From Octopus vulgaris (taxonomy: Eukaryota), in NCBI GenBank assembly GCA_951406725.2, contig OX597818.1, positions 125,860,001 through 125,924,000 on the forward strand: a stretch of DNA of 64,000 nucleotides, in the 5' to 3' direction. A program made the position numbers and the translations under genes. The notes beneath the pieces were generated by a model. It was given only the letters and a program-made list of their open reading frames with translations. It was not told the origin of the DNA and did not search any database. Positions 28,360 through 43,790 of this stretch are shown here, piece by piece; the first letter of the stretch is position 1, and each line of letters opens with the position of its first letter.

Positions 28360-28390
<31 letters not shown>

Positions 28391-29621
28391 TGTATTTGAA
28401 AAATGAATGCCCATTCTGATGATTTTTACACTTTAATAAATAGACGTTTATAAGAGGGAGAGAGAGAGAGAGAGAGAGATTATGTATTATCTGCATATAT
28501 ATGTGTATATGTATGCATATATGTATGTATATATATTTGTATATACTTAAATATGATGACACTTATATACATACTCACATATATGTGTTTCTATGTATAC
28601 ATTCATAACCAGTCTATATTTGTTTTTTGCTATAAAACCTAGAGTGGCAACCTAGTAATGTTATGTAAAATATTTTACGTCAGCGATAGATCATTTACAT
28701 AATTTATAAGTCTGCGTGATAAGCGAGGATTACGCCCCTTGATTAGTCACGAGAAAGGCAAATATTAATCGTATCGATCGTCAACTTTAGTTACCAACGC
28801 TTTTGTGATTTGTACACAGATTAGTCTAGTACAGTAAAACTAAATTTGGGTTTATGCAGTCCCTCGTATATCATTTCCGTAATATTTATCCACGCGTATA
28901 TGCCTGCGCACAAACACATACACTCACAAACACACCATATAGCAACTCACATGCTTTCCCCGTTACTGTCCGTTCCTTCTGCCTTTTCCCTCTTCTCTGG
29001 ACTTTCTTCCATTATCCAACAAAGAATCATGCTTGAAACATCATTTTGTTACTTTTAATTTCACTTCTAAAACTTTCACAGTGCGTCAAAAGAATATTTT
29101 CACTGTTTGCGTCTGTTGGACTTTTGTTATTTTTGTTTTTGTTCTTTAATTCGCCGTTGGTTACCGATTTGACTATATAATTATATCGACCAGACTATGG
29201 AATATTTATTATACACTGCTGGTCACAATGTGCATTATTGTAGCTTTCGAATGATGCCACCTCGCTAATAAGCGGGTAGGCAGGCAGGTCAACATTCCCT
29301 CTGAACAGAAGCCAATTTGTCACATGGTTATCCATTTACAGCTGAGAAGAGTGGAACATTGTGAGAGGAAGCGTTTTGCTCAAGAACACAATATAGCACC
29401 GCTCTATATATAGATGCATAAGAATATAAACAATAAATTTTAAATTTTGTAAGCAAATTAGTTAATCTCTAAGAAATTAATTTAACAAATAGTCGGTGCT
29501 AGGTTAGTATACCTATGTGAATTAAATACAGGAAGAATGGACCTAAAATACACTACCTAGTGACAATACACACACGCTCACACGTGCACACACATATACA
29601 TATGCTCACAACTCCGGCATA

Positions 29622-30060
29622 TACGAGGTCGGCTAAAAATTTCTTTGACTGACTAAGATACTTTCATCGCATCTGACCAAATGAGGTTTAGTTTTCAGCA
29701 TAGTCCCCTTTACGGTCCAACACTTCCATTTGTGTTACAGCGCTTGAATCCCATTAGTGAAGATACTTTCATCCAGCTGGACAAAAACGTCATCAACACC
29801 AGATATGACGTCATCATCACTGAGATACTGGTTCCCAGCCAAGTGTTTTTTTCATCTTCGGGATAACTGTCAGATGGATTAGATCAAGAGAATAGAGTGT
29901 GTGATCAACCAGTTCAAAGCGACAGTCACGCGCAACAGCCATTGAAACCAACAACTTTTGTGTTGGAGCATTATCCTGATGAAACGAGTTTTCCTGAGCA
30001 TTTGGTTTTGAGAGCCTTTTGTAACTGCCTCAGTAACTTGGCATAGCGTGCTCCATTGAT
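29622..30060 (-). mobile_element. decayed mariner-derived fragment with a tacgagg terminus
   Basis: tacgaggtcggctaaaaattt end; ttggagcattatcctgatgaaa reads FHQDNAP on the minus strand. Confidence 0.55.
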
Positions 30061-30250
30061 AATGAGGCTCTTTTTAAGATCTATATAACCCTATCCTGCT
30101 TGTCCGCTTTTCTGCGCTTTCTATATCTAATTTATATTCTTAACCTCTATCTCTCTTACTCTTCTGCTCTTGTACTGTGACTCTAAATTTTTCGCTCACT
30201 TTCAGTCTCTCCCTTTGTCTTGTTCCCTCTCTTTTACACACACACACACA

Positions 30251-30292
<42 letters not shown>

Positions 30293-30965
30293 CAAATACA
30301 TGGTCTCTTTTATCTTTCTATCGCTTTTTCCCTTGCTCTGTTTCTCTAATCCGTTTTACACTTACACATTTTCTCTTCACTCTATCTGTAACTTTCTCTT
30401 TCTCTCCCCCCCTTCTCTCTCTCTCAATTATTCACTCTCTTTGTCTTTCACACTCATACACATAGGACGTTATTTCATATAGGGTACTGATATTTGATAC
30501 CCGAAATGATAAAACGATATTTTTATTGCTCCTTCTTTTATTGATATATAATCTATAGGCGTGAACCTAAAATATACTTCAATTTAAAACCATATCACCT
30601 GATAAATATCACTATTTCTTTGTACTTTTAATTTCTGCTTTTCCTTTCTTTAACGTTTTGCTCATATTGTAAGTATTCTGTTTTTTCCCCACCACTTACG
30701 TCTTAAACTGCATTCCATCTGGATACGACAAATACCGACGTATTACTTTGTCAATGATTCCGACCGGAAACATATTTTTATAATTTTATAATTAAAGCTG
30801 ACAAGGTTTCTTTTTATTGTAGAAACAAGCATATCGGATCAAATATACCCACAGTCCATATACATATGTAGAAATAAGTTGACATTTATTTATATTACAT
30901 CTTTAATGCAGTGCCCACGTTTCATTCACTAACATGATTAGGAAGTATATATGTGTATGTATATG

Positions 30966-31984
<1,019 letters not shown>

Positions 31985-32157
31985 AAGGAGGTGAGCATCG
32001 AAATTCTTCAAAAGGATATCAAACTTCCAAGTCCACCGGTACAATCCAAGCAAAGAATATATATAAATATATATTCAGTATTTGCAAAATCAATAAAGAT
32101 TAAGGAAAGGAAAAATATATATAAGTGTAGACGATATTTAATTCAAACATACATACA

Positions 32158-32262
<105 letters not shown>

Positions 32263-32297
32263 GCCTGCCTGCCTGCCTGCCTGCCTGTCTGTCTATC

Positions 32298-32355
<58 letters not shown>

Positions 32356-32409
32356 ATGAAAATAACACAAGGTAGAAAATGCTAAGATAATTTTATCATG
32401 AAGAACATT

Positions 32410-32448
32410 TTAGTACCGGTTCCAGCCTTTGCTACTTTTTCAACTTAG
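32410..32448 (-). ncRNA. degenerate minimal HHR with U3-A8 core variant
   Basis: Minus: ag-TTGAAAA-agt agcaaag gct-GGAA-ccgg-TA-ct; GAAA is mutated to GGAA. Confidence 0.4.
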
Positions 32449-32689
32449 AGTGAAGCATGAAAAGCAATTAAATTGTGGAAAAATTAAATGAAATGTTTTA
32501 AAAAAATATTTCCATAGTTTTCAAATGCAAGGGATATTTTCCTTTTTGCTGTCAGTTATCTCTCTTTTTTACTCATGTGGGTTCTAGGTAGTTAGCAGCA
32601 GTTAGTTTGATATGATGAATTCTTGTTTTTGATTGTTTAAGCAGCAGTAGTAGTAGAGAAAGGAGGCGAAGAAGAAGAGGAAGAAGAAG

Positions 32690-32844
32690 GAGTAGAAGAA
32701 GAAGAAGAAGAAGAAGAAGAAGAAGAAGAAGAAGAAGAAGAAGAAGAAGAAGAAGAAGAAGAAGAAGAAGAAGAAGAAGAAGAAGAAGAAGAAGAAGAAG
32801 AAGAAGAAGAAGAAGAAGAAGAAGAAGAAGAAGAAGAAGAAGAA
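32690..32844. repeat. (GAA)n, about 50 units
   Basis: Direct reading. Confidence 0.97.
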
Positions 32845-32879
32845 CACATACACAAACGCTTATTCTTTTCGGTTATGGT

Positions 32880-33189
32880 GAAGTTCGAAGCCGATAAAGC
32901 TATAAATAATAATAAATACTTGGCTAAAATGAAAACCTTTTAATAGAAAATATGGAACTCGAACCCATATCTATAAACATGACAGACGTTCTATCATCGG
33001 ACCAAAGCAATCCTTCGAATTTCGCCATTCATTTTACAAACTTACAAAACTTTACTCTTATCAGAGAGAATTGTCTGTTGCTGACGTCATAAGGAACGAG
33101 TCCCACTGGGAGCCTTCAACTTTTACTATCCAACGGGACTTAATTTATTATTATTTATATTATTCATAGCTTTATCTGCTTCGAGCTTC
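32880..33189. mobile_element. MITE-like element with ~40-bp inverted ends
   Basis: gaagttcgaagccgataaagctataaataat versus attattcatagctttatctgcttcgagcttc. Confidence 0.6.
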
Positions 33190-33284
33190 TCTGCTCTAAA
33201 ACTGAAATTTTTCCTGTTCTCTGGAAGTTCCTTAAGTTTAATGACACCTACAATATGTGCGTGTATACATATATTCATGCATAC

Positions 33285-33317
<33 letters not shown>

Positions 33318-33320
33318 TAT

Positions 33321-33874
33321 CATGTCACTTTCGAGTGCTACTAGTAGCATGTAACCCAGTACAACCTGTTGCATGGTCGGGTCGTCGGCGACCAAACCGG
33401 CAACCCTACCAAGCTTGCTTGGTGAGGAAGGTGTTTATTGGACACCCTGCGGGAAGAAAAACAAAACCCGTCAAAGGGCGGAGGAACTCTTGAGAGACAA
33501 CGGCCATCCAATAAATGTCTAAAGGCTGAATCATGCGCGGGGACATAGAAATGATCGGACTGAATACCCGATCGCGCGGTTAAACCATTGGGAGTGAAGG
33601 ACTCCTAGCCTTTGTTAGGGCATCCTTCTAGGAGAAGATAACTCAGGTAACTGGGATAACTCCGACATAAAACCTGCGGCTCAGTGGTTACCGATGATGT
33701 TGACTTGTTCTTCTTTTCGGATTATGGCTGCTGTTGCTTAGTGAGTGGGATTGACTCAGTGCACAGCCTTTCCTCACTTTAAAAAAAATCTTCTTGCACA
33801 GGCATTGCACGATAACAACATTGATTAAGCTTCGTGCAATGGCCATACTCGATAACGAGGGGGCAGCCACCATG
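33321..33874 (+). mobile_element. second full copy of the ~550-bp RTE-derived non-autonomous retroposon, in (TATG)n
   Basis: Matches 14205-14759 inverted; ends gcagccaccATG(TATG)n. Confidence 0.85.
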
Positions 33875-35782
33875 TATGTATGTATGTATGTATGTATGTA
33901 TGTATGTATGTATGTATGTATGTATGTATGTATGCATGCATGCATGCATGCATGTATGTATGTATGTATGTATGTATGTATGTATGTATGTATGTATGTA
34001 TGTATGTATTCGCACGCTCATCCACACATTCATACACATTCAGACGCCATCTACTGTAGAAACGCCAAATTAGAACAACGTCTTGATATCACAAATCATA
34101 ACAACAATATCGCTAATATAAATTTCCAACATGCATAAAGCTACATGTTGTGGGAGAGAACACTATCGACAAATTGACAAATTCCAGTATTTCGTTTCCA
34201 GAATCGATGAATGAGAAAATCATTCGCACCACAAATCGAACCTGTCAATGTAAAGGGAACTAACTAGCTTACTTCATTCTACCCCAAAATTTAAAATGGT
34301 TTCTTCCTTGTAATTCTTCACTTGTCCTTGCAACAATATCATTAAGCATTATATCGAATTTAAGTACAAGTAATTTTGGAGGAAGCACTTCGGTGAGGTC
34401 ATGAACCATGAATAAATGATTTGTAGAAATTCGTTATTTGCGACGGAGGCAGTATTAGTTCAGAATAGTATTCTATATATCTGACTTAACGAAGAAAGCC
34501 ACACAACTGCGGTATTTGTCTCGAGAAAGAATCCTGTGTAGACGTATTGTGCTAAAAAGCACAGAAGTATATCAGAAGTAGACGAAAAGCGTTCAGTAGC
34601 GGCGGTGAAATTGCTAAATCCCTGATTTCCACTTATTTGAGCGTTTTTTGTACTTCATTTTATCGATACCGGAGGGATGAAAGCAAAGTTGACTTCGGTC
34701 AATTTTTAACGCAGAACAAAAAGAGCCGGAACAAATACTGCAAAGCATTTCCCCGACACTTTAATCTTTTCACCACCCTAAAAATGGCATTAATAATAAA
34801 AACAATGCAAATAGTTCACATAGGAGGAAGCTTGTATTTTGTTGATTGATCAATTTGAAATAATCGTCATTTTGTTTCTTCATATTATAAACTGTGCTGG
34901 CTTTGAAAAAAATAAATACAGACTTAATAATATAATCCCAGATAGACTAAGTCCGAAGAACAATGATATAAACATCGTTTGAATGCCGATGATTATCAGT
35001 CTATGCGATCGGGGCTCACGTAGTGAAAACAAGAGCTACAACAAAACAACAACAACAAAATATCTTGTGAAATAACGAAATGAGCAATGATAAAACTAAC
35101 AACAATAAAAGACAGAAACGTCAACAGCCAACAACTCAAAGGACACAACAGCAGCAACAACAGAACCAGCGAAATAATTAGAAAGGAAACCGTAAAAGCA
35201 ACATCAACAACCACAACAGCAAAGAAAACAAAAAAAAAGAGTTAAGAATAACAACGCAAAAAAAACATCACTAAAATCAAAGTGAGTTAAAAAGAAAGGC
35301 GAGCGGCATCAACATCAACAACAGTTGCATCAACAACAAAATGAGAGGAAAAAAATACGCACAGGGCTTGCCTCTTCATTTGCATGTAACTAAGAAAAAA
35401 AACAAAACAAATTCATGAATAACAAAATTGATAGAGAGATAAAAGATGGTGATGAGGATGGGGTCGGAGGAGTATTAAATAGAATATTGATAAATTCCGA
35501 CCCACTTAGTCACTTGGTTTAGATGTGATAATTACGATCGTGCCAAGGGAAGCTGGAGAGAATTATCAATATGTTTCCTTCGTTAGAACTCAATACAGCA
35601 GCGAGGACAATAGTGAACAACAACGCCACCGCTAATAGCAGTAGCATCAAAATCACAGGAAAAAAAACATATATTTACAAGCGAGAGAGTGGGAGAGAGC
35701 GAAGGAGGGAGGGAGGGGGGAGTGAGAGACGGGGACAGAGGGAAAGAGAGACGAGAGAGTGAAAGAAAGAGAGAAAACTTAC

Positions 35783-35875
35783 TCGTGTTCGCGATTCCCT
35801 TTTCACCTTGGTGAAAACGGAAGCGCGAAACGCCGAGTAGCGACTCACAGCGTCGTCTTTGAATAAATATATAAA
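35783..35875 (-). promoter_or_regulatory. candidate TATA/Inr promoter and short non-coding first exon
   Basis: Minus: TATATATT ~28 nt upstream of TGAGTC (Inr-like), a CpG-rich 63-nt exon without ATG, then A|GTAAGT. The TATA also reads TATATAAA on the plus strand, so direction rests on the donor. Confidence 0.4.
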
Positions 35876-35950
35876 CGCGTTTATTCCTATTGCAGGCGTT
35901 TGTTTTTTTTTTCACTCGCTGGTAAATTCACACACACACACACACAGACA

Positions 35951-36013
<63 letters not shown>

Positions 36014-36016
36014 ACA

Positions 36017-36053
<37 letters not shown>

Positions 36054-36591
36054 GCACGCACACACACAAGCACGCACGCAAACATGCAAACACACAAGCA
36101 CGCACGCATACAAACACACACGCACACACACACGCAAACATGCAAGCACGCACCACGCAGACACACACACACACGCACTCACACATATTTGTACATGTAC
36201 ATCTATGTATACATGTATATATATATGTGTGCGTACGTGTGTGTATAGATACACACAAACGCACATATATGTATATTTATTTCTATCTATATCTCTCTAC
36301 CTGTGTGTGTGTGTGTGTGTGTTCTCTTTCGTTTTAATTTAGAGTTTATTTTGACCGGCCACCTTCTTGGTGGCGAAGTTGTGAAGGAAGACTTTTTTTC
36401 ATAGTCCTTTGAATCTTAAAGAGGTCTTCCAAGTTTCTATAACCCAAGATACCGTAATCCTTTGTAGTGTATATTAAAGAGTAGCGTTCTCCCTCCATGA
36501 ACCCGTTCAGCCATATTTGCTCCAGACATGTCAGTACTTTAGACTTGAAAGAGTTTTATAAGAAGGAAATAAAGAATGAGTTGGAAGAGAG

Positions 36592-37010
36592 TGTAGTGTC
36601 GCACAGACGCGCGCGCCATATTGAGATCTCGCTGGCAGACATTAGCTGCTCGAGACCGGAGCGAGATCACACAAACTTCCGGTGAGCATGCGCAACGAGA
36701 CAGAAAGCCTTTCGGGAAGGACACCTCTATAAAAGAGCTCTTGAGCTTGTTCACTCTCTCTGTTCCCCGCGCCTCTCTGTTCCCTGCGCCTCTCTTTCTC
36801 CCTTTTCGCTCATAGAGTTCGTATCATGCTGGTGTGTTTACTGATTGTGTGAGGAGGAGACAAATGTCTTGTGCTGTTTTGCAGTGGTTATCTGGTTGTG
36901 CTTTCTCTCCACCATGAGGAGGGTCAGCAATGACAACAGTAAGAAACCTGTTCTATTCGGACCTTAGTGGGTCCGAATTGTCCTCTTCGGAGGGGGAGCC
37001 CGTACGAGCA
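36592..37010 (+). promoter_or_regulatory. CpG-rich LTR-like promoter/leader upstream of a retroelement ORF1
   Basis: Begins tgtagtg; contains cgcgcgccat, acttccggt (ETS-like), gcatgcgca (NRF1-like), TATAAAAG at 36728, tcact at 36751 and the hairpin ttcggacc/ggtccgaa. Confidence 0.45.
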
Positions 37011-37019
37011 GTTGATAAG

Positions 37020-37985
37020 ATGGACAAATGCTTAAGGAAGAAAAGTTTTGCGGAAGTGACAGATATCACAAAAAAGGAGGTGAATCTGACAAAGACAAAA
37101 ATATGAGAAGATGGCATGTAGGGTAGGTGGTGACGTTAAGTTGTCACCACCCCAGATAGTATCGGAAGAGTAAAAAAGCAGTAATATATAAGGTGTACTC
37201 AGAAGAAAGGAAAATTGAAAATGTTGAAGCAGAAATAATAGAAAAGACGATGTGCTCCGTCTGGCAAGACATAACATATCTTGCCAGAGGAAGCAGATAT
37301 GGAACAATTGTGGTTCATTTCAAGTCAGATGGAAAAGCAAAAGAATACACAGTAGCCACAGTAAAGTCGGATAAAGTGGTCCTTCTACCTACTTATCTTG
37401 GAAGAAGGACTTCCAGAATTAGGGTGGAGGGCATCCCACCGGAAATAGATGTAGCTTGGGTTGAGGCGGCTGTTCTTCTAGGAAGTAAAGAAGAAATAGC
37501 CGTACTCCAAGCCACGGAAACAAAAAGATCAGTATGGAAAGGCCAAACGTTGAACCTGATCATGCATGGCACTGCAGAAACACTGGAAAATGTGGTGGAA
37601 ACGGTGACCATTGGAGATGCTGAGAGTGTGGGTGGAGGGCAGAACCCCCTCGTCGCCTTAAATGTGGCCAAAAAGGTCTCATTAGAGTACACTTACTCTC
37701 TGCAGAAGCCGAGAAGTCCGGCGGATGTCAGAAAGGAGCAGGAGGAGGTGCAACAGGAAGAAAAGAGAAACGAAGAACTGTGGGTGGTAGCTGTAGGAAG
37801 AAAAAGGAAGAGTTAGAAAGGACAGAGTGAAGTAGAAACCCAAACCATACACACCCCACCCATTCCCTCTCTTACCCACCCTCCACCACAGACACCAAAG
37901 CCACCCATTCCCCTCCTACACAAAGCAAGAGAAAAAAGAAATGCAAACACAAAAGGATCAACAAACTCCTCCTCCCAATGAAAAT
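37020..37985 (+). mobile_element. decayed ORF1 (gag-like) of an L1/Tx1-type LINE; ORF2 absent
   Basis: KKSFAEV motif, RIRVEGIPPEID, frameshifted zinc-knuckle remnant KCGQKG, WVVAVGRKRK, Pro-rich tail. Confidence 0.65.
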
Positions 37986-38410
37986 TGTTTTTTTCTACCT
38001 CGCTGTTTGTGAACTTACTTCACCAAGGGGCTAACAGCGACAACTACATACAGGTAGACGCCTGTAGGTACAAGATTGAATGCATATCAATTAATTCTTT
38101 CCAACGTGTACAACTGTCTCTGTGACCACATATATAGACCAAGTCACAGAACAGCTACGGAAGAATTCTTCTTTTACAGCAGCCTAGAAGGTCTTATTGT
38201 AAAAAAAAAACACTTGGCTGAACCGAATAAGAACGAAGTCTCAACAAGCAGGAAAGCACATTTTCCAGCAACGCAACTGTTATTTTTGCTCATAACATCA
38301 ACAGGGAAAGATTCGACGGCCCACTTCAAGCCACTATTTGTTGAATGACCAACAATTTCCACTTCTTCATAATCACTTACACAAAGTGGCTCTTCGCCTT
38401 GCTTGAGACT

Positions 38411-38496
<86 letters not shown>

Positions 38497-38779
38497 ACTT
38501 ACTCACATAAGTGCTAATTTCTGTGTTTGTCTGTAGTGCAACTTGGTTTATAAACTCAACCCCCATGGGGCAATTGTGGCCTAGTATTCCACAAACTCAT
38601 TTACCATTAACATAATTCTAAAGTAAAGGCAGCGTGACATAACTGAAACTTGAATTACAAGACAAGATTTCCATCTATCGAATTTCACTCGAAGAGAATG
38701 AGTCGACTTGTTAAGAAGAAAAATGTCTGAAATGTGAACTTTTTTGTTAATATTCAAACGTTTGATTAACTGCTGCAAG

Positions 38780-39628
38780 CAAGAAAAATCATGCATTATC
38801 AGTGGAAGAATTGGCAATAAAGCTTAGTTCAAACCATGCAACTGTTCACCGTCATCTTCAACACCTTGGAAAGGTTCCTAAACTTTGAAAATGGGTGCCT
38901 CATGAATTGACCGAAAGCAACCGCAAATCCCGTGTTGACATCTGCTCTTCTCTCCGTTCTCGCGAACTAATTTCACCCTTTTTGGATAGACTTGTGACTG
39001 GTGATGAAAACTAGATCTTCTATCGAAATGTTAAACGTCGTAAACAGTGGCTTGGTCGCACCCGAGAAGGTATCTTCATGGAAAAAAGTTCTTCTCTGTA
39101 TCTGGTGGGATTGCAAAGGAGTAATTCACTTTGAATTGTTACCACCTAATGCAACAATCAATGCTCAAGTCTACTGTCAGCAATGAGAGTGCTTGAACCA
39201 AGCTTTGAAGAAAAAAACCGCTTTAGGGAATCGAAAAGAGTGATGTTTCATCGGGACAATGCGTGACCCCACACTGCAAAGATCACATCACAGAAGATCG
39301 AAGAGTTTGGTTGAGAAAAAATTCCTCATCCACTTTATTCTCCCGACCTTGCTCCTTCAGACTGCCATTTGTTTCGTAGTGTACAGAATCATTTGGGGGA
39401 CATAACTTTCGCAAGCCAGGAGGAGGTAGAAACTGATATTTCAAAGTTCTTCGCTTTGAAACCAAAAGAGTTTTACATTGATGGGATTAAAAAGTTTGTA
39501 AATAGATGGAAGGAAGTCATAGTTAATCAGGGAAAGTACATTGATGATTAAATTTCAATCAAATATAACAGTTGATCACTTATTTTCTTTATTCAAAATT
39601 CGGACAGAACTTATGGGATGACCTGATA
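38780..39628 (+). mobile_element. 5'-truncated mariner (DD34D) transposase pseudogene with 3' TIR
   Basis: WVPHEL, LVTGDE, LLCIWWDCKGVIHFELL, HRDNA*PH, YSPDLAPSD, GKYIDD*; TIR cggacagaacttatgggatgacctgata|TA. Confidence 0.93.
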
Positions 39629-39645
39629 TATATATACATACATAT

Positions 39646-39808
<163 letters not shown>

Positions 39809-40286
39809 CATACTTTCATACATACATACATACATATATTGTTGTATATATATATAAGTCTATACATAAAAGCGTTTATACATGTATGTATGTAGGAATG
39901 CATCAAATTATTATATTGTGGTACTAGTTCACCTAACCTAAAACCCATCACCCTTGTAAATTATAAACCTGAATAGATGTACTGATCTAATGTAAATATA
40001 CAATATTCAGCTATTGTGGAGTCTTTATGAGTTTGTGAATTGCGTCAATCGCTCCCCAGACCAATTTTGTGCGTATCTTTGTGTCTGAGTGTGTGAGCGT
40101 ACAAATATGTGGATGTATGTACTTAAATCTATATGTGTGTATATAGTAGTATTTTAGTTTGCTTAGCTATAAGTAAATATATACATATTTACTTGTATTC
40201 ATGAAGGCATTCATATATTCACTTCACACATACACACGTATACACACACTCGCACGCAGACATACACACATACACAAGTATGTATG

Positions 40287-40350
<64 letters not shown>

Positions 40351-40790
40351 AATATATATGCCTGTAGTTATATATATTTAATTAAATATTTACATTCATA
40401 TCTATATACATAGAGAGATACAAATGTAAATATAAATACATGTATATATCTATATATATAAAAGCGTATATTTGCGTGTTTATGTGTGTGAGTGTGAGTG
40501 ATGTGAGTGTGTGTGTGTGTGTGTTTACGTGCCGTATGCATGCTTGCAACTATATATGAATAAACGGTTTTCTTGCATGAATAAAGGTGTTTCATTTTGT
40601 GCGTGTGTATGCGTGTGAATATGTATATATGTATATCTATATACACACATGTACACATACACACACGCATACACACATACATACATACAGTTTTATATAA
40701 GCACATTCACGAAACACTGATACCGCATAGAGTAATAATATATGCTTATATATTTATACGTATACAAATATATATATGCAAACACACACG

Positions 40791-40825
<35 letters not shown>

Positions 40826-41076
40826 GTATACGTGTGTATGTATGTATGTATGTATGTATGTATATATATATGTATACGTGTGTGTGTATGTATGTATATA
40901 TGTATGTATGCACACTTGCATACATATATGCATATACGTATGACTAATGGTATGTCTCCGTCCAAAAATTCAGGTTACTCTAACTGAATTCTTCCATTAG
41001 GTTAATCAGTACGATTTCTATCTATTCTATCCTATTTACATTTGTTTTTACCCATTACTATTTATATTTTATAGAC

Positions 41077-41155
<79 letters not shown>

Positions 41156-41289
41156 TGTATGTGTGTATGTATGTATGTATGTATGTATGTATGAATGTAT
41201 GTATGTGTGTATGTATGTATGGATGTGTGTATGTATGTATGTATGTATGTATGTGTGTGTATGTATGTATGTATGTATGTATGTATGTA

Positions 41290-41342
<53 letters not shown>

Positions 41343-41532
41343 GTATGTATGTATGTATGTGTGTATGTATGTATATATATATATGTTTTGTGCTTTTTTA
41401 TTTACTTTTACTATATTTGGTTTGTAATGCATTTTTATCATTAGCATTCGTGAACACCATCATCATCATCAGCGTCATCGTATTCGTCATTATTGTTTTC
41501 AATGTTGTCGTTGTTGCCTTGAACTATGCCGT

Positions 41533-41672
<140 letters not shown>

Positions 41673-41764
41673 AGATCGACATACACATATCTGTAGCTAG
41701 CTAGCTAGATAGTTAGATAGATAGTTAGATAGATATATGGATGGATGAATGGATGGATGGATGG

Positions 41765-42360
41765 ATCTGTTTGCGCGTCAGGCAAAATGCTTAGCGGTAT
41801 TTCGTCTGCCGTTACGTTCTGAGTTCAAATTCCGCCGTGGTCGACTTTGCCTTTCATCCTTTCGGGGTCGATAAATTAAGTACCAGTAGTTACTCACGGG
41901 GGTCGATGTAATCGACTTAATACCTATGTCTGTCCTTGTTTGTCCCTTCTGTGTTCAGCCCCTTGTTGGTAATAAAGAAATAGGTATTTTTCTCCTGGCT
42001 TTACGTTCTCAGATCAAATTACACCAATGTCGACTTTGCGTACCATCATTTCGATGTCACTGAAATAATAACCAATTGAAGAACCAATTGAAGTCGATGC
42101 TATCGACAAGCGCCCTCCCCCAACAATACCAGGCTTTTTGCCCATAGTAGAAAGAATTATTATTAAAAGCAGTGAATAAGTAGAATTGTTTGCGCTACGG
42201 ATATGCTTAGCGGTGTTTCTTCTGGTTTAATGTTCGAAGTCCAAATTCTGCTGAGTGCGACTTTGACTTTCGATGAAAAAATGTTTCGTACCAGTTGTTG
42301 AGCACTGAAGTCGATATAAGCAACTAAACCCCTTCTCATAAATTGCAGGCCTTGTAAAGA
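41765..42360 (+). mobile_element. three head-to-tail SINE family A copies of increasing divergence
   Basis: ttacgttct...tcaaatt...tcgactttg cores at ~41811, ~42001 and ~42230. Confidence 0.8.
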
Positions 42361-42903
42361 AAAAATTAAAAAAAAAAAGAAAAATTATAATTCTAGCTGT
42401 CTCGTTGTTGATGTTGATACTGTTGTCGCTGATTTGGCTCTCACAGCGGTCACCGTGTAAAGAATATATTCGGTTTCAAATTCAGATTTTTCTCTTTTTT
42501 TTTTTTGCCTTTTTCTAAGAGATCATTCATTTTGGTTCATTGAAATTTCAGATCCGTTTCCAGAACGTTGCATTTATTCGAAACATTAGACGCTAAAATA
42601 CAGACGGAGTCCTTCATGATCCCGTCTCACCCTGCCCCGCCTACTTCCGCTTTGAGCTTCGTCGTCATTTTTGCTCTATGTGGATTTGGTGGGTGCCGGG
42701 GGGGGGGGGCTTTATTTAGTTATTTATTTATTTTATTTTTACTTTTGTAATCTTATCTTTCATGTTCTTTTCTTGTTGTTATTTACTATATTAACTGTGT
42801 CCCATAATTGTCAGTTTAACATCTTTTCTGCTTTTTTGCTGGGGTCATTGGGTTGAAAGTAGTTATTTGCTACCTCATTTTATTTTCATTTATATTAAGC
42901 CTT

Positions 42904-42995
<92 letters not shown>

Positions 42996-43030
42996 TGTGT
43001 GTGTATGTGTGTGTGTATGTATGTATGTGT

Positions 43031-43102
<72 letters not shown>

Positions 43103-43790
43103 TTTCCACTGGATACATTGAATTATTCAGTCTGGAAATACCGAAGTGTTAAACATGGAATATATTCTAAGTGATAAAAATGACGGCAATATTTCATAAA
43201 TATAAACATACATGTACATACGCACACACACACACACACACGCACATATATGAGATTGAAAGATTTTCGTGATGGTTATGATACAAGTAATTTAGTCATA
43301 TAAATTAAGTGGAGGGAGGAAAAAGGAGGAAACTTATAAATAAATATACAAACAAACAATCAAAGCAACTGACAGTCAGTAGGGCAGGTTATTTGACTGA
43401 CAGATAAAATATGTCTTTCACATCCTATTAATAAATAATATTTTGCAAGGAGTTGCTCGGTCACAGAGAACATTATTTTAAACACCATCCACTACACGCC
43501 CAAACTCACATGCCAATAAGAGAGCCTCCACTTGGTCAATTCACTTTGCGAGAAATATCAGCCCTGCTGCATTAGAAATGTGTATGTTTGAGATATGTTC
43601 CGAGGTTCCCTGTACACAGGCAAAGGACGGGTTATTCATGGTGTATTTGATTAGGGTTAATGTGGTGTTAAATAACAAAAGTGGCAACACTCACATGAGC
43701 CAATGACGGGGCCTTTACGTAGTCGCTCGACATACTGAAAATATCAGCTATTTTTTTTTTTAACTCGCACCGTACTAAATTTAAGAGTGT

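Noticed and set aside
35378-35385. Octamer ATTTGCAT near the putative promoter
   Set aside because: A single 8-mer is expected by chance in 64 kb of AT-rich DNA.
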